From: Amphiscolops sp. MND2022
Taxonomy: Eukaryota
Assembly (NCBI GenBank): GCA_964187785.1
Contig: OZ076409.1
Coordinates: 16,988,001 to 17,052,000 of the forward strand
DNA length: 64,000 bases
Reading direction: 5' to 3'
Positions 12,820-24,700 of the stretch are shown one piece after another. Below the pieces are notes generated by a model. That model searched no databases, was not told where the DNA came from, and saw only the letters and a list, made by a program, of their open reading frames with translations. Position numbers and translations under genes: made by a program. The first letter of the stretch is position 1. The number at the start of each line of letters is the position of its first letter.

Positions 12820-14274
12820 GTTCTGTGAGGGCTAAGTTCGAATATTATCTATGTATTGGCTCAGTCGTAATGTTGTTTGTTTAGTAGTTATGCTCTGACT
12901 GGTGTTGAGAAGTTCATCAGGCACTGTAATTTACTGTCCAATCGACGTTTGGTAAGGTTGCTGACTGAGACAATGCAGTGCTTTCTAATACCAGCAAGTA
13001 TTACGGCTTTTTTGTATCTCATGATAACCATAAAGCTCTGTAGGCAAACGCGACATGCTTCGCGGAACATGGTTCTCACAGTAGCGTTTGCTGTTAGTTG
13101 GCTCGCTTGGGTTGTATGTTGGCTTCCAAACTATTCGATTCTGGGTTTCCAACTGCTTGACAAGATGAGGGTCAAGAGGGAACCAAAAGATTACACTTAC
13201 CTTACTGATGATTACGACTATATCATATACTTCGATTATGTTAGCCACTATGATTACCTCAAAAGAAAACAAAGTTGTTTTGAGTTCAATTTTGCACCAT
13301 GGTATACGTATGTGCAAGCTTTCCGAATACCTATCCAATTGTTTTATTCTCACATCAACCCCTTTTTATATCTTCTTGTGTTGAAAAAATTCCAACAGCA
13401 CCATTACTTTGTCTTCAGGTTTTTTTGGCGCAAACTTCTGTCCAAGAAAATGATTTTTACTGACACAAAAAAAGCTGCTATTTTTATTGAAAAAATGTTT
13501 CGAGGTATTTCACAAGCTTTGAAGCGTATGGTTTTAGTTGCCGTATTTTATCTAATACTTTCAATGACCCTACACACAGCATTTACGGCTCAACATAAAG
13601 ACCTTGGCACGGTGAGAATTAAACATGACACGCAAAAATCATATAGCTACGTGAGAAAATTGTTGTTCTACAAAAACAACGAAATGCATGATCACAACGC
13701 TTTTGTACCAGAGAAATGGTTACTGTACATCCGAGCACACTGCAACTCAGTCAAGGGGATACTGAGTTTAGATTATAAACGATGCTTTCATATCAGCGAC
13801 CATCGACCAAAAATCATGTATTTAACACAGCAACTTGAAAGCTGCGAGAAAGAGGGTTCGAAACTTTGCTATCCTCGGAGTTTGGACGAGATGAAATTTC
13901 TCCAACAGTATTTTTTCAATTGGGCTCGGAGAAATATAAGAACTTTTCCTGAACAAAGTGATGATTACAACAATATAAGAATCTCTAAAAATTCAACTTG
14001 GCGTCAGTTAACTCACTATTTGCATAATTTCAAGTTGCAATTGGGTTTTCGAAAGAATGCGCATAACTTATTCACGAGCATCGATGAACGATTCAACATT
14101 AGCTCTAGAAGTGCCTCGTGGTTCTATTCGTGGGACTATTTTCAACAGAAGAAGCGAGAATTTCATGGTCCGTCCGTTTGTTTATCGATGGTTCAAACGA
14201 CCCTGGTTGAATGTCGTTTGACTCACAAGAACTTGGCTTCTCTTTGTTGTAGAGATTTCTTCTTCGATGACTGA
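12820..14274 (+). CDS. GPCR exon 2 (TM5-TM7) fused to an extra TM segment and a C-type lectin-like domain; junction frame unresolved, possibly a pseudogene
   Basis: FLIP...LY (TM5), CWLP (TM6), NPFLY (TM7), then MVLVAVFYLILSMTL and CTLD-like motifs (RCF; CEKEGSKLCYPRSLDEMKFL; QLGF; C...C...LCC). The acceptor TGCAG at 12819 leads to a stop unless there are indels near 12830-12880. Confidence 0.7.
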
Positions 14275-14751
14275 TCAAGAAAACCCAATACTTATTGTTA
14301 ATTTAGTCGACAATTCCTTTCCCCGAAATTTCTACTTTCTATTTTCCCTAACACAGACTTTCTGTATTAAAATTTTTCAACAATCACCACCTGCAAAAAA
14401 AGTAAATTACAGGCCTTTCTGTAGACTTGGAATTGGTCTCAAAGTAAAACTTTTTTGAATTTCAGTTTACGCATGGTGTACACGGAGTATTCTGTTTCAA
14501 TTACCAAGTATTTTTGGATGATCTGTTTACCTTTTTTCATTTTATGGGTTAACACGATGGACAAGATTGAGTCTGTTGAGCATCTAATTTTGATATCCAC
14601 TATCCCTAATCAGAAGTTTCCCTTGAAAATGAAAATTCGGTACCCTTAACCCATCATAAAACCAGATACATCCGATAGAATTGATATTGTATCTTCTTCA
14701 GTTCATAGAGTCCGTAGAGTTGGGAGGTTAACTCTGGCTAATTTTATAACT

Positions 14752-14795
14752 ATGGCCTGGGGGTAAACGTGAGTTTCTCTACGAGATTGAGTTCC
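14752..14795 (+). repeat. tRNA-derived SINE head fragment
   Basis: TGGCCTGGGGGTAAACGTGAGTTTCTCTACG matches the reverse complement of 44281-44335. Confidence 0.45.
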
Positions 14796-16532
14796 TGCGC
14801 GTGTATGTTAATTCGAACCTTGCACTAAACGAAAAAATTTTGTCTGTAAAGGTAGAGGAAAGACCAAAAGTCCTGCTTTAGGGGTTCAAAAAATGTGCCC
14901 GACAAGGACAGTGACAATTTTTTTCATCAGTTGAACGAACTTTTCGCAAAAGATTCAAAATGTACTTAAAGAGGCCAGAGGTTCCACCTTTTGACAATTT
15001 TACATTTTTATTGGGTATTCGAAAACTATACATATACGATGTAAAGGTTCTATACCTTGGGTTTTGGGCACAGCTATTTTTCATCAGATTATCAAGAACT
15101 TTTCTAAATTGAGTCCTCTTCGATATGGCTCTTCAATTCAAAATCATTCAAAAACACAAAGTTTGTCTAAGCAATTAATTTTATTGATAACTAAGCATGA
15201 AAGATTTGAGAGTCCACTTCAAAATGTGTATAACTTCCAATTAGGAATTGCATTCACATTATTAGTGTTCCAAACATCAAATTTTTGGTTCCATAAGCGA
15301 GGGGCGTTGAACATGTGAAACTTTCAAGACTTGACAGAAGCGATGATTGCTAACTAGATTTCTGTTGTTTTGCCCCGATATCGAATCTACGATTGGTTCA
15401 ATCGTGTAACTTTTCAAACATTTCCAAAAATCAAGTAAATAGTAGCTCATACACTACATTCGTTCAACAGAAGTTGGAATTCTGCTGCTTCTCTAGTCAC
15501 ATTGTAAGGGGTGGGGTTCAAAACCCTGGGTACTCGGAAAAATATTATCCAATTTTCCACAGCCCAGCAATTCTAGCGTTGAAGCGAGGATGGATTAAAT
15601 TTCAGCATCTAACACATGTTTCAGCCATTAATAAAATGGGCTTCCAAAGTTTGAGCCCTCGTTTGAGAGAAACCTGAACTCGTCGCCTCTCACTTGCCGA
15701 TTAATCAGTGGAATTCAAAAGCAATGGAGATAAATTTGTATTGGTTAATCATTTGTATTGTTAATTGATATAATTGCGAGGTAGAATTAGGTTGATTAAA
15801 AGCGAGAAAAGAGAAGTCGTGTAAAACAGATGCTCTCCTACTGCATTAAGCCAAGAGGATTAGTCGTCGTAGTCGGACGATGTCCAAGCAAAACATATAA
15901 CAAGGAAGGGAAGCAATAAAAGATCCATTGAAATTTCATTCTAACAAAACAATTAGCGTATTCCACATTTACTAGGACTGTAATAATCATAAGGAGTATA
16001 ATTTTGAAACATTAATTTGAAATTAGATTCGATAAATCTATTCAGAGGTTCCACCAGCTGTAGAACAAACCACAATAGCAGTTATAACATTTCGTGCACT
16101 GATTCCACGATAGAGGTTTACAAAAGTGCTATAATGTAACAGCAACATATAGTAGTAGTAGTAGTACATCAACTGATGGAAAATAGAAACTAACTAAAAA
16201 CTTGCAAATTCTCATTCGGAAAGTATCATCAGTCTCAAGGTTAAAACCTTCAGTATCAAAACCGAGTGCTTCTTTCCAAACGATTCATAAATTATCATTC
16301 GATAACGTATTCAATTATTTCAAACCTTGAGAAAGCTGTGTGAAGAAAATGATTGACCTTTTCACCTTTTTGGCTTTGCATTTCCGGGTTAGTTGAAATG
16401 AATCATTGTCATAATGTGAAACGTCGTAGCAATAATTTCGAATTTCTAATTACTCCATTTTATAATTAAAAACATGCTTTTCAGTTGCTTGTTGAGCCAC
16501 AGCTTTAAGCATCATTGGATAGATAAATTTGA

Positions 16533-16712
16533 TCATACGTCACAGGTGCGAGAATTAGGATTGATCACGAAGCCCATTTGAGAGTTGAAGCCTACCGGGT
16601 TTTCGTTCACGTCCGAACCCTTTTGAGGCGAACCAATCAAGTTTTGACTGCTACTTTGTTTACTGCTAGAAGCGTTGTTCCGCTGGAAAGCTTTGGCTGA
16701 GGATAATGCCTT
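16533..16712 (-). CDS. candidate terminal exon of anoctamin (alternative candidate 19035-19103)
   Basis: Poly-T CAG acceptor, phase 0, 59 codons then TGA; no conserved motif to confirm it. Confidence 0.3.
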   Translation of the reverse strand, partial: KALSSAKAFQRNNASSSKQSSSQNLIGSPQKGSDVNENPVGFNSQMGFVINPNSRTCDV

Positions 16713-17960
16713 CTGAAAAAAAAAGCTCATGTAACGGTGATAGTGAAAAAATGAATAAAATTGAGCTTAAATAAAGAACCAGCTGAATGTGAAGTTGAAA
16801 ATGGAAACAAATGTATTTGAAGAAAGTTAGTGCAATTCAGTAAGTGAAATTCACAGAAAAAAAGTGAAACGTGCAAAAACGATTCATAAAAGTGATATTG
16901 ATCTGAGTTATGGGCAAGTATTCGGGCTGGAAAAAAATACAATTTAAAAGTCAATAAATCAAATCAATCTTTCTGATTCCAGCATAATTTAGGAGCTAAA
17001 ACATTAAAGCAGTCAGTTTTTTTGAAAAAACAATACGCAAATCTAGTTCTAAAGAGAAAAATCGAAAGTGCATTGTTCTTCACATCACCGCTTGGTACAA
17101 TTTTGGATGTTGGTTTTTTTGTTTTGGAGTTAGCAATTTTTTGGAAAATTTTTTATCGGTTCTGCTTTCTTTGTACATTCAATTATCAGCCCTATTGATG
17201 TTAGTTTCAATTCAGAATCAATTTCTTTCAGTTTCGAAATTATGGACAGTTAAATTATTTCGAAGAATGGTTTAATAACGTGAAATTAGCGATTAATCGT
17301 TTTAGCAGTATTCAGATGTTTTGAGCCGAAGCTAGAGAGGTGTTAATGATGTTCAAGGTCGAAAAACATTCGACAACTTACCCAAATCTTTGCACATTCT
17401 TTTACACCGCCCTTCAAAAACATTTCCAGTCAATTTTTTACAACTAAGAATGTTTCTTCAATCACGTGGTGTGAAATACCCCTTACTATTCATGATTTCT
17501 TGACAATTGAGATTGAGGATATCTGGCACTCGCAAATGTTGTATTCTACAGATTCACATCAATTCAAAGAAGATAAATGATAAATAATTGATGATTCGAT
17601 TCTGTCTTGAAACTGTTCTGTCGAACTTCAACCAGAGTGTTGTTGTTCGATAACGAAAAGACCGTGTATTGCGTATTTTTCAAATTATTACAGTTTACGG
17701 TATTCATATATTGCCCTGATTCAGTGGTATTTATCCGGTATTTTTGTCTTTGAAAAAAATTTCAAAACGATCCGATTTTGCATTTTATAATCAACTGCCC
17801 ATCAAAACAATGTTTTCATTTTGTCTGAGGTTGAAAATTGGAGAAACTTGTCAAAAACGTTTTTTTACTTGATTCAAATTTGCGAGTAAACCAATGATAA
17901 CTCAATAAAAGTAAGGGGACTTTTGGAGCTTTCTTTTCCGGTTACCAGATGGAGACGCGC

Positions 17961-18157
17961 GCAGCAAGCCGACACGCCATCAAACGGACAATTGAAAATT
18001 GAGTCAAGAAGCCGACACGAATTATCTGATTGGTCCAAAAATGTTCATTCCAAGTTTGGAATTCGAACTTGAATGAATTGTACAGTCGTTTTCACTAGCT
18101 ATTATATCTACTGTCGAGTTGTTGACGCGTTCATTTAATAGCGTGTCGGCTTGCTGC
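17961..18157. repeat. MITE-like element with 17-bp inverted repeats
   Basis: GCAGCAAGCCGACACGC (17961-17977) and its exact reverse complement (18141-18157); no TSD seen. Confidence 0.45.
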
Positions 18158-21100
18158 ACCAACTCCTGCCGGATGATTTTTATGACGTATTTCGTGTACC
18201 GCATGACACTTGCGGTGATCATGTATGTTACTTTCACATCAATCAAAATTTGGGGAATGCAGGGTACCACGCTATTGTAAAGCGTCCAACTTAGATGCTT
18301 TTCGACACTCTATGAGGCGAATCTGATGATGGGAGAAACGGGGTAAATTGTCTGTGCAAAAAGGAAGTGATACTTTGCATGTAAAACAGGAGACTGAAAG
18401 AAAAAGGATAAAGTCAACAAATAATTTGAAACTAATATATACCTCAAGAAAAATCTCGTACCGAGGAAAAAGTTCGCTCCAGAGATGCGAAAAACAAAAA
18501 TGGGAAGAGGGTTCAAATGGAAACAGTTCAGGGAACATAAAACTAGCAAACTATCAAGTTTTCCACCTTTAAGGAACCATGCAACCAGTTTTCTACCGAG
18601 AACAAGTATCCTTAGCTAGTTGTAACATAGATTGCCAACGATATATCGAATTTAGGAGCCGGGTTCCAATGTATACACAAATTTTATTTCATAACTGAAT
18701 TCACTCTTTGCAGAATTTGAAACTTTCAATATACAACAATTTTTAAGCTTTGATATAGAACCAAGATTTTTGGGATTTTGCGTCGTTTCGAATGCGAGAT
18801 TCGAAACATGGCAAAAAGTGCGAAAACTTGGAAGCAAATTAGTGATGTGTAAATTAGGAAAAAACAATGTCAAAACTATAAAAGGACCCAGTGAGTGCAT
18901 ACATTGTCTACTTTTAGCTAATAAGACTGTTAACGCAACAACTCCTGATATCACTGATAAACAGAAAGGATCACCCGCGTTGATTTACAAACTGAAGGAG
19001 AACCACCATTTACTGTGTACAATCAACTTGCCTATCACAAAACCGAAGAGGTAATTTCAACTCCCTTTTTCTCCTGATGAGGAGCTGAAGACTTTTCCGG
19101 ATGCTGAAAAGAAACAGCTAGTGTTATGGAATGTTCGCAATATTGATCCAACAAAAGGGTGAAACATAAATGTGCATTTATTGGGAACACGCCAACAAAA
19201 GCCAATCTTTACAAATCTTCATTAACTACTAACTGAAAAAAAATCTTTTCCCCTGGACTATTTCGGATTCCAAACTTTCATGTAAAGTTAATGTAAATAA
19301 GATAAGAAATAAATTGACTACTACTTCAAGATGAAAATTTGTTTGGGGAAAAGGAAAGCGTGTTTTGGAACATCACCATAAAAATGCAAGGTTTCGTATT
19401 GGATAATAAAATTACGGAAATCAACAAAATTTACCTGTATGAACTATATAAATGAAAAAATACAAAACTGAATAATAATGAAACGAAATTCGCCTCCTCA
19501 AACGAAGGTCATCTATGTTAGGCGATCAATTGGAGCAAGGAAAAACAAACCAAAAAGTGTCGCGATTTTCATGATCTAAGTAAAGTGAAGACTACCGGCT
19601 AGGTATCATTGAGTCTTCTTTCTTTCAACAATTTTTTTAATCATTTCACGTGGAACTCAAAAACAGGTTGGTTTCTGCATCAAATGATACAAGAAAGAAA
19701 AATCAGCAATACCTTCAAACCTTCCTCCGTTTTCGGTGCTACAAAAAGTTGAAATGCCACATAACAAAAATGATCGAATCAAAGCAACAAAAAACATTCC
19801 GTTCAATCAGCTCTATCACCGGCAAACATATGAAAAAAAGCAAGTTTTTCAAGCCGCATTGCCTTGAAAAGAGGACCTGAAAATTTTGGCCTTTATTTAT
19901 TTTTACCATGCACCTAAAAATTATGCATTGTATCTCTATATAGTCGCAGGTATTCAAAGGTCAACAGGTCAAAACTCTCATTTGACAAATGACAAAAGTG
20001 ACGTTGGTAGTAATAAAACCGCGACACCTGGGATAGGTAATGCAAACAATTCATGACAATGTCTTCAAACAATCATGGCTAGGAACAATTCATGAACCAT
20101 AAATACTTAAGGATATTATATTGATCAATTAACTTCCACCCTTGCACGATTTACAAGATATCTCACCTTCAAGGCACGTCTCGATTGCTGAAAATTTCGA
20201 AAACTGTGAAATTACAAACCTATAAAAATATAAATCTACATTAGAACATGTCGACCCATGAAGCTCATTTTGCAGCCATGAATCCCTGACTATTTGAAAT
20301 CTTTCAATAATTCGAGAGGATCAGATAAGCATCGGCTTTACAAATTATGATTGAAACACCAAGAATCCATTTATGGAAACACACTCATGAATTGAAATGC
20401 TAAAAAGCCTCCATCAACTTACACTAGTTTCGAGACTAGTCACACTGGACAAAAAATATACATTGTATTGCAAAAACGTTCAAATGGCTTTACTCAATAG
20501 CCGACGAGGCTCGCCATATGCGGAGTAAGTTGAAATTTCAGTTTCGGCGGGTAGGATCTTCTAAAACATTTAAAAAAGACGAGCAGTCAATTTTCACTAT
20601 TTCTAAGAACATTAAAGATACCGCGAGCATTGAAGCCTACACATGTAGGTAGATTAGCAACGGATATACAGCTCTATCTGCATAGGGATCTAAATCCAGT
20701 AGGAACAGAAGCTAAACTAATACACGGACTAAAAGCATCAATTGATGCACGATCCTTGCTAAAATGTTCAAGTTCCACGCTTTTCAAGAGAAAGTCACAA
20801 ATGCTCAATCGAAATGAAACCCCAAAACAATATTTAAAAGCACCACGTGAATGACTAATTTTTGAAAAGGAAAGAACCCCTTCTGTGTGATGGGAAAGAG
20901 AAAGAAACTGGAAAAGAAAGTAAAAAGTGAAGTGTCAATTTACGGTTGCTGTACAACAGCAAGTGAGCATTTGTTCTGAAGGGACATAGAATGAGTCGAT
21001 AACCTGAATTTTTAATGAAATTTCACACTCATCCACACTCCAAGATACAGTACATCTAAAATGCCTACCTCTGACGGGTCCTGTAAATATCCAATCTTAT

Positions 21101-21665
21101 AATGTACCAAGCAAACATTTTTAAACACATGCCATTGGTTTTGATCTATACAGATTGTTGTTATACAGTAGTCAGCTCAAATACGCAAGAAAGGTTTTTT
21201 CAAATTTTATCAAATATTGAACCCATTCCAAATATTTTTGAAATGGGATTGCTGTGCAGAGTCAAATTACGCAGGATCGAAAAGTTTGCAAAATTATCTA
21301 AGATCGAATTGTGACTTGATTCTGTCAAGAATTGAAAAACAGGGAAATTTGCTTTATGATACACCGTACCTATAGCGCTTTAAATGCAGGCGCGAAGCGA
21401 AGCGGATCGACATGCCTCTACTTGACCAGTGCAAAATTTGACTGGAGGGAGGAAGGTCGAGTCATACAACCGATTTTGGTTTCTAAATTTTCATTCAATT
21501 TTCGATTCTAAATTATTCAACTCTGGAGAGGCAACTCTTTGGAATATTTACAGACAGTTGTTTACGGGACATTCACAGAATAAGCAGCTCGATTCTCCCG
21601 AGAAACATGCATATTGCAGAGAGACAAACATATTAGAACTTGGTTGTAGATAGATGACTTCTCAC

Positions 21666-21788
21666 CTTTTCTGCATCGTAGAGCACTTGTCTGGTGAGAT
21701 AGTCCTCTCTGGCCTTCTCGATCCTCACGTGAGCTGGCATGTCTGGCACCAGGTAGGCCACCAGTTGACGAAGTGCGAACACCAGATT
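21666..21788 (-). CDS. ANO: anoctamin exon ([18 protein letters not shown]...DAEK)
   Basis: PD.P and E.YL motifs; AAG|GTGAG donor. Confidence 0.92.
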
Positions 21789-24700
21789 CTAAATACAACA
21801 CACGTCATCTACACCAGTTTCACAACCATCTTTTATTTCGGATACGGGATTTCACTTTTACTTCTTTGTAAAAAAAATTAGTCTCGTAAAAACAAAATAT
21901 TGCATTTTTGCTTTTTTTGTGAAAACTAAAGGGACCAGAGAGATGAGTTTTTGAATAAGTAAACAACAAACCTTTTCTCGAATTATAGAATTTACTTCTC
22001 ATTTTGAACAGTAGATTTGATACATAATCTCCAAATACCTCCAAAAATGAATGACAAAAGTTACGTCAAGTTTGACGGCGTCCATTGAAGAGTCTGGTAA
22101 AAAAAGACACGGAAAAGTTGCTAACTTCAAACAGGAGCACGAAGCCGAGTCTCACAGCAAGCATCTCATAGAACTCTTGAGTGTGACCGTAAGGATTAAC
22201 TGGATCATTGTACGGGTAGCGAAAACCTTGGTACCTGAAAAGAATTCGTCTGTCTACTTCTTATACTTGTTCTTTATATTACATGCCGAGAAATATCAAC
22301 AGGCACCGTTGTTAATTGCAATCAATTAAAAAGCAATGTTGTTAAAAAGCAATGGATTTCAAATCAAAAAGCATGACATTTGACAGATGAAAATTCTCAT
22401 CGTGCAATACTGAGAAATTTCTGGAAAGCAGTGAATTGACGTCGTTACCGTATTTTCTTGTACCGTTACACGAACTTCCGATCTACACGATTTACTCAAA
22501 ATGCATAATTTACACGAAAAAATTAAGTGCATTTTTGGCTTCCGAAATGAGTATACAAGTTATTAGCGTTCACTTGAACGCAAAAATAAATTGGAAAGGA
22601 ATGAAATTGACATTCTGGCGAGGAAACGAAGTACAACAAAGGATCAAAAATCTATTTAGTCAATTCACTACTTGAAAGCAACTGATGAAAAAAATTGCAA
22701 CTTTCTGGAAATTTCCCAATGGCGCAACATTTCCAAAGTTAGTTTCGACAGAAAAAATTGATTCGTTCAATAAATTTCAAGCCTAAGTTTTTCCATTATT
22801 CGTGTATCAAATGTGGTTAGAGAAGAAGAACTGAGAAAGGAGACTTGCCTGCATGTGACATTTGCGTCAGTGTTTCTATCAAACAGCTCGGCGATACTTG
22901 TTACGAAGTCAAAGTACTTGGTATCTTCTCCTTGCATGACGCGGAAATAGAAAGTGCGCTCTATGAAAGAGGAAGTGAACGCTATGATGAGTCCCTTAAA
23001 CACCAAACAGACGCGTTAATCAACTTCTGAAAGCATTAGAGAATGATTGACAGATTAAACACATTTAGATCATGACGGGCATCCGAAAAAAGTCGCCTTA
23101 AAAATTGTATATCTGGGACAGTGAAAATATTTTTGGAAACTAATCATACCAATAATCATAGGAATTACAGTTTATGCTCTGTGATGGCACCGAAGCGGGT
23201 CTCTAACTTGAGATTGTATAACTGGTGGTGAAACCCTTGTGCAAACTCTTCATCCTACATAAGATCGAGAGCGATCGTTTGAATTTTTCGATATTGAGAG
23301 TAAAAACTTTCTCAGAAAGTTTCAGAGAAAACTTGAAGTACTTTTTTGAGCTTTACGCGGGATACGCCGACGTGGTGGGCCTTCGCAAAGTTTTCGACTT
23401 AACCGAAACATCTACTGCAAAGATTAAGTTTATACAATCATATGTTTCGACAAGCCGGAAACGGGATGAGCCGGCACCCAAAAAAGACGCATATTGCCAA
23501 AAAGCCTCAGCTTTAATTTTTTTGGCGAGGGGGGCATTTGGGCTTTAAAAAGGTTTTTATATATATTTTCAATCAAAAAAACCAAAAGGGCACTTTTGGA
23601 AAACATTATTTTTTCAAAGTCGCACAGTTCCGAAAATAACGCAAATCTTTTGCAATCCGAATAAGCAAGTTAAAATACGAACGAAAAGGTAGACCCTTCC
23701 ATTCAATAAGACATTTTGTAGCATTTTGATAGAATTTTATGGCCATTTCGGCCGGATTAAAAAAACACGACAAAAAGTATAGAATCGCGTCTTATTTCAT
23801 GAAGCGCCCTGTAAAAATTTGGGATTCTCGAAAGCAATCATCCATGTTATTTGACAGATTTATGGAAACATTGTGAGCAAGCTCTTCGTGGCTAGCAAGC
23901 AACGTTAGATTTTATCTCAAGAAGAAGTAGGACAGTTTTGTGGTGGACTGTGGTGGGGGTATAAAGACCTGCATTCAGATCCGATTTCGAACGGAGTGAC
24001 GCTTTGCGCATGTTGGATGTCAAAAGTGGAATTATCTACTGCTGCTAAGGACAGTATGGAATCCATGAAGAGAAAGGCAACATTTTCATCTGACGAGTTG
24101 CGCCTTTTCCCAAAGCGATGGTTGTAGTACAATCGGTCGATAAATTTACCCGTGAAACCGATTATACAAGCCTGTCAAAAACCAAGAGCAGATAACACTG
24201 GAGCTATTCACTAATGAAAATGCCTTCAAAATTACCCCAAAGACCTTCTCGGAATTCAACTGATTGTCATTCAAAAAATCGATTCGATATTGGAATGTCA
24301 AAAAAGATTTAATGAAAAGAATCGAAACTAATTATCGTTCATATAAAGCTAGCGTTGGAGCACGACATTGACTTTTCGATTGTTTTTTTTTTAAAAAAAA
24401 TAAATTCAGTATATTTTCATGCATGCTGAAGAAGCGCATGATAGCAAAAAAGTATCTATAATTACGCCGAAAGGAAATAGCTGTTTTTCCAGCAATTGCA
24501 GTAGATGGAACATCATTTGGTGAAGACAATATGCAACTCCATTCCATCTAGATTAAAAGCACTAATAGTAACTGCATAAAATTATGCTTCCTTTTCATTC
24601 CAATTCACATTGAGCTCCATTAGTTCAACTACAAAGTGGGAAACTAAGTCGCTTTGCTTCCACGTGGAAGCCTTTAATCGGGAATATTCAACAGCAACCG

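Noticed and set aside
18022-18270. 82-aa minus-strand ORF as an anoctamin terminal exon
   Set aside because: No convincing acceptor, and it overlaps the inverted-repeat element.
14280-21600. Numerous 60-100-aa ORFs in the intergenic/intronic stretch
   Set aside because: No recognisable motifs or coding bias; expected by chance with alternative start codons.
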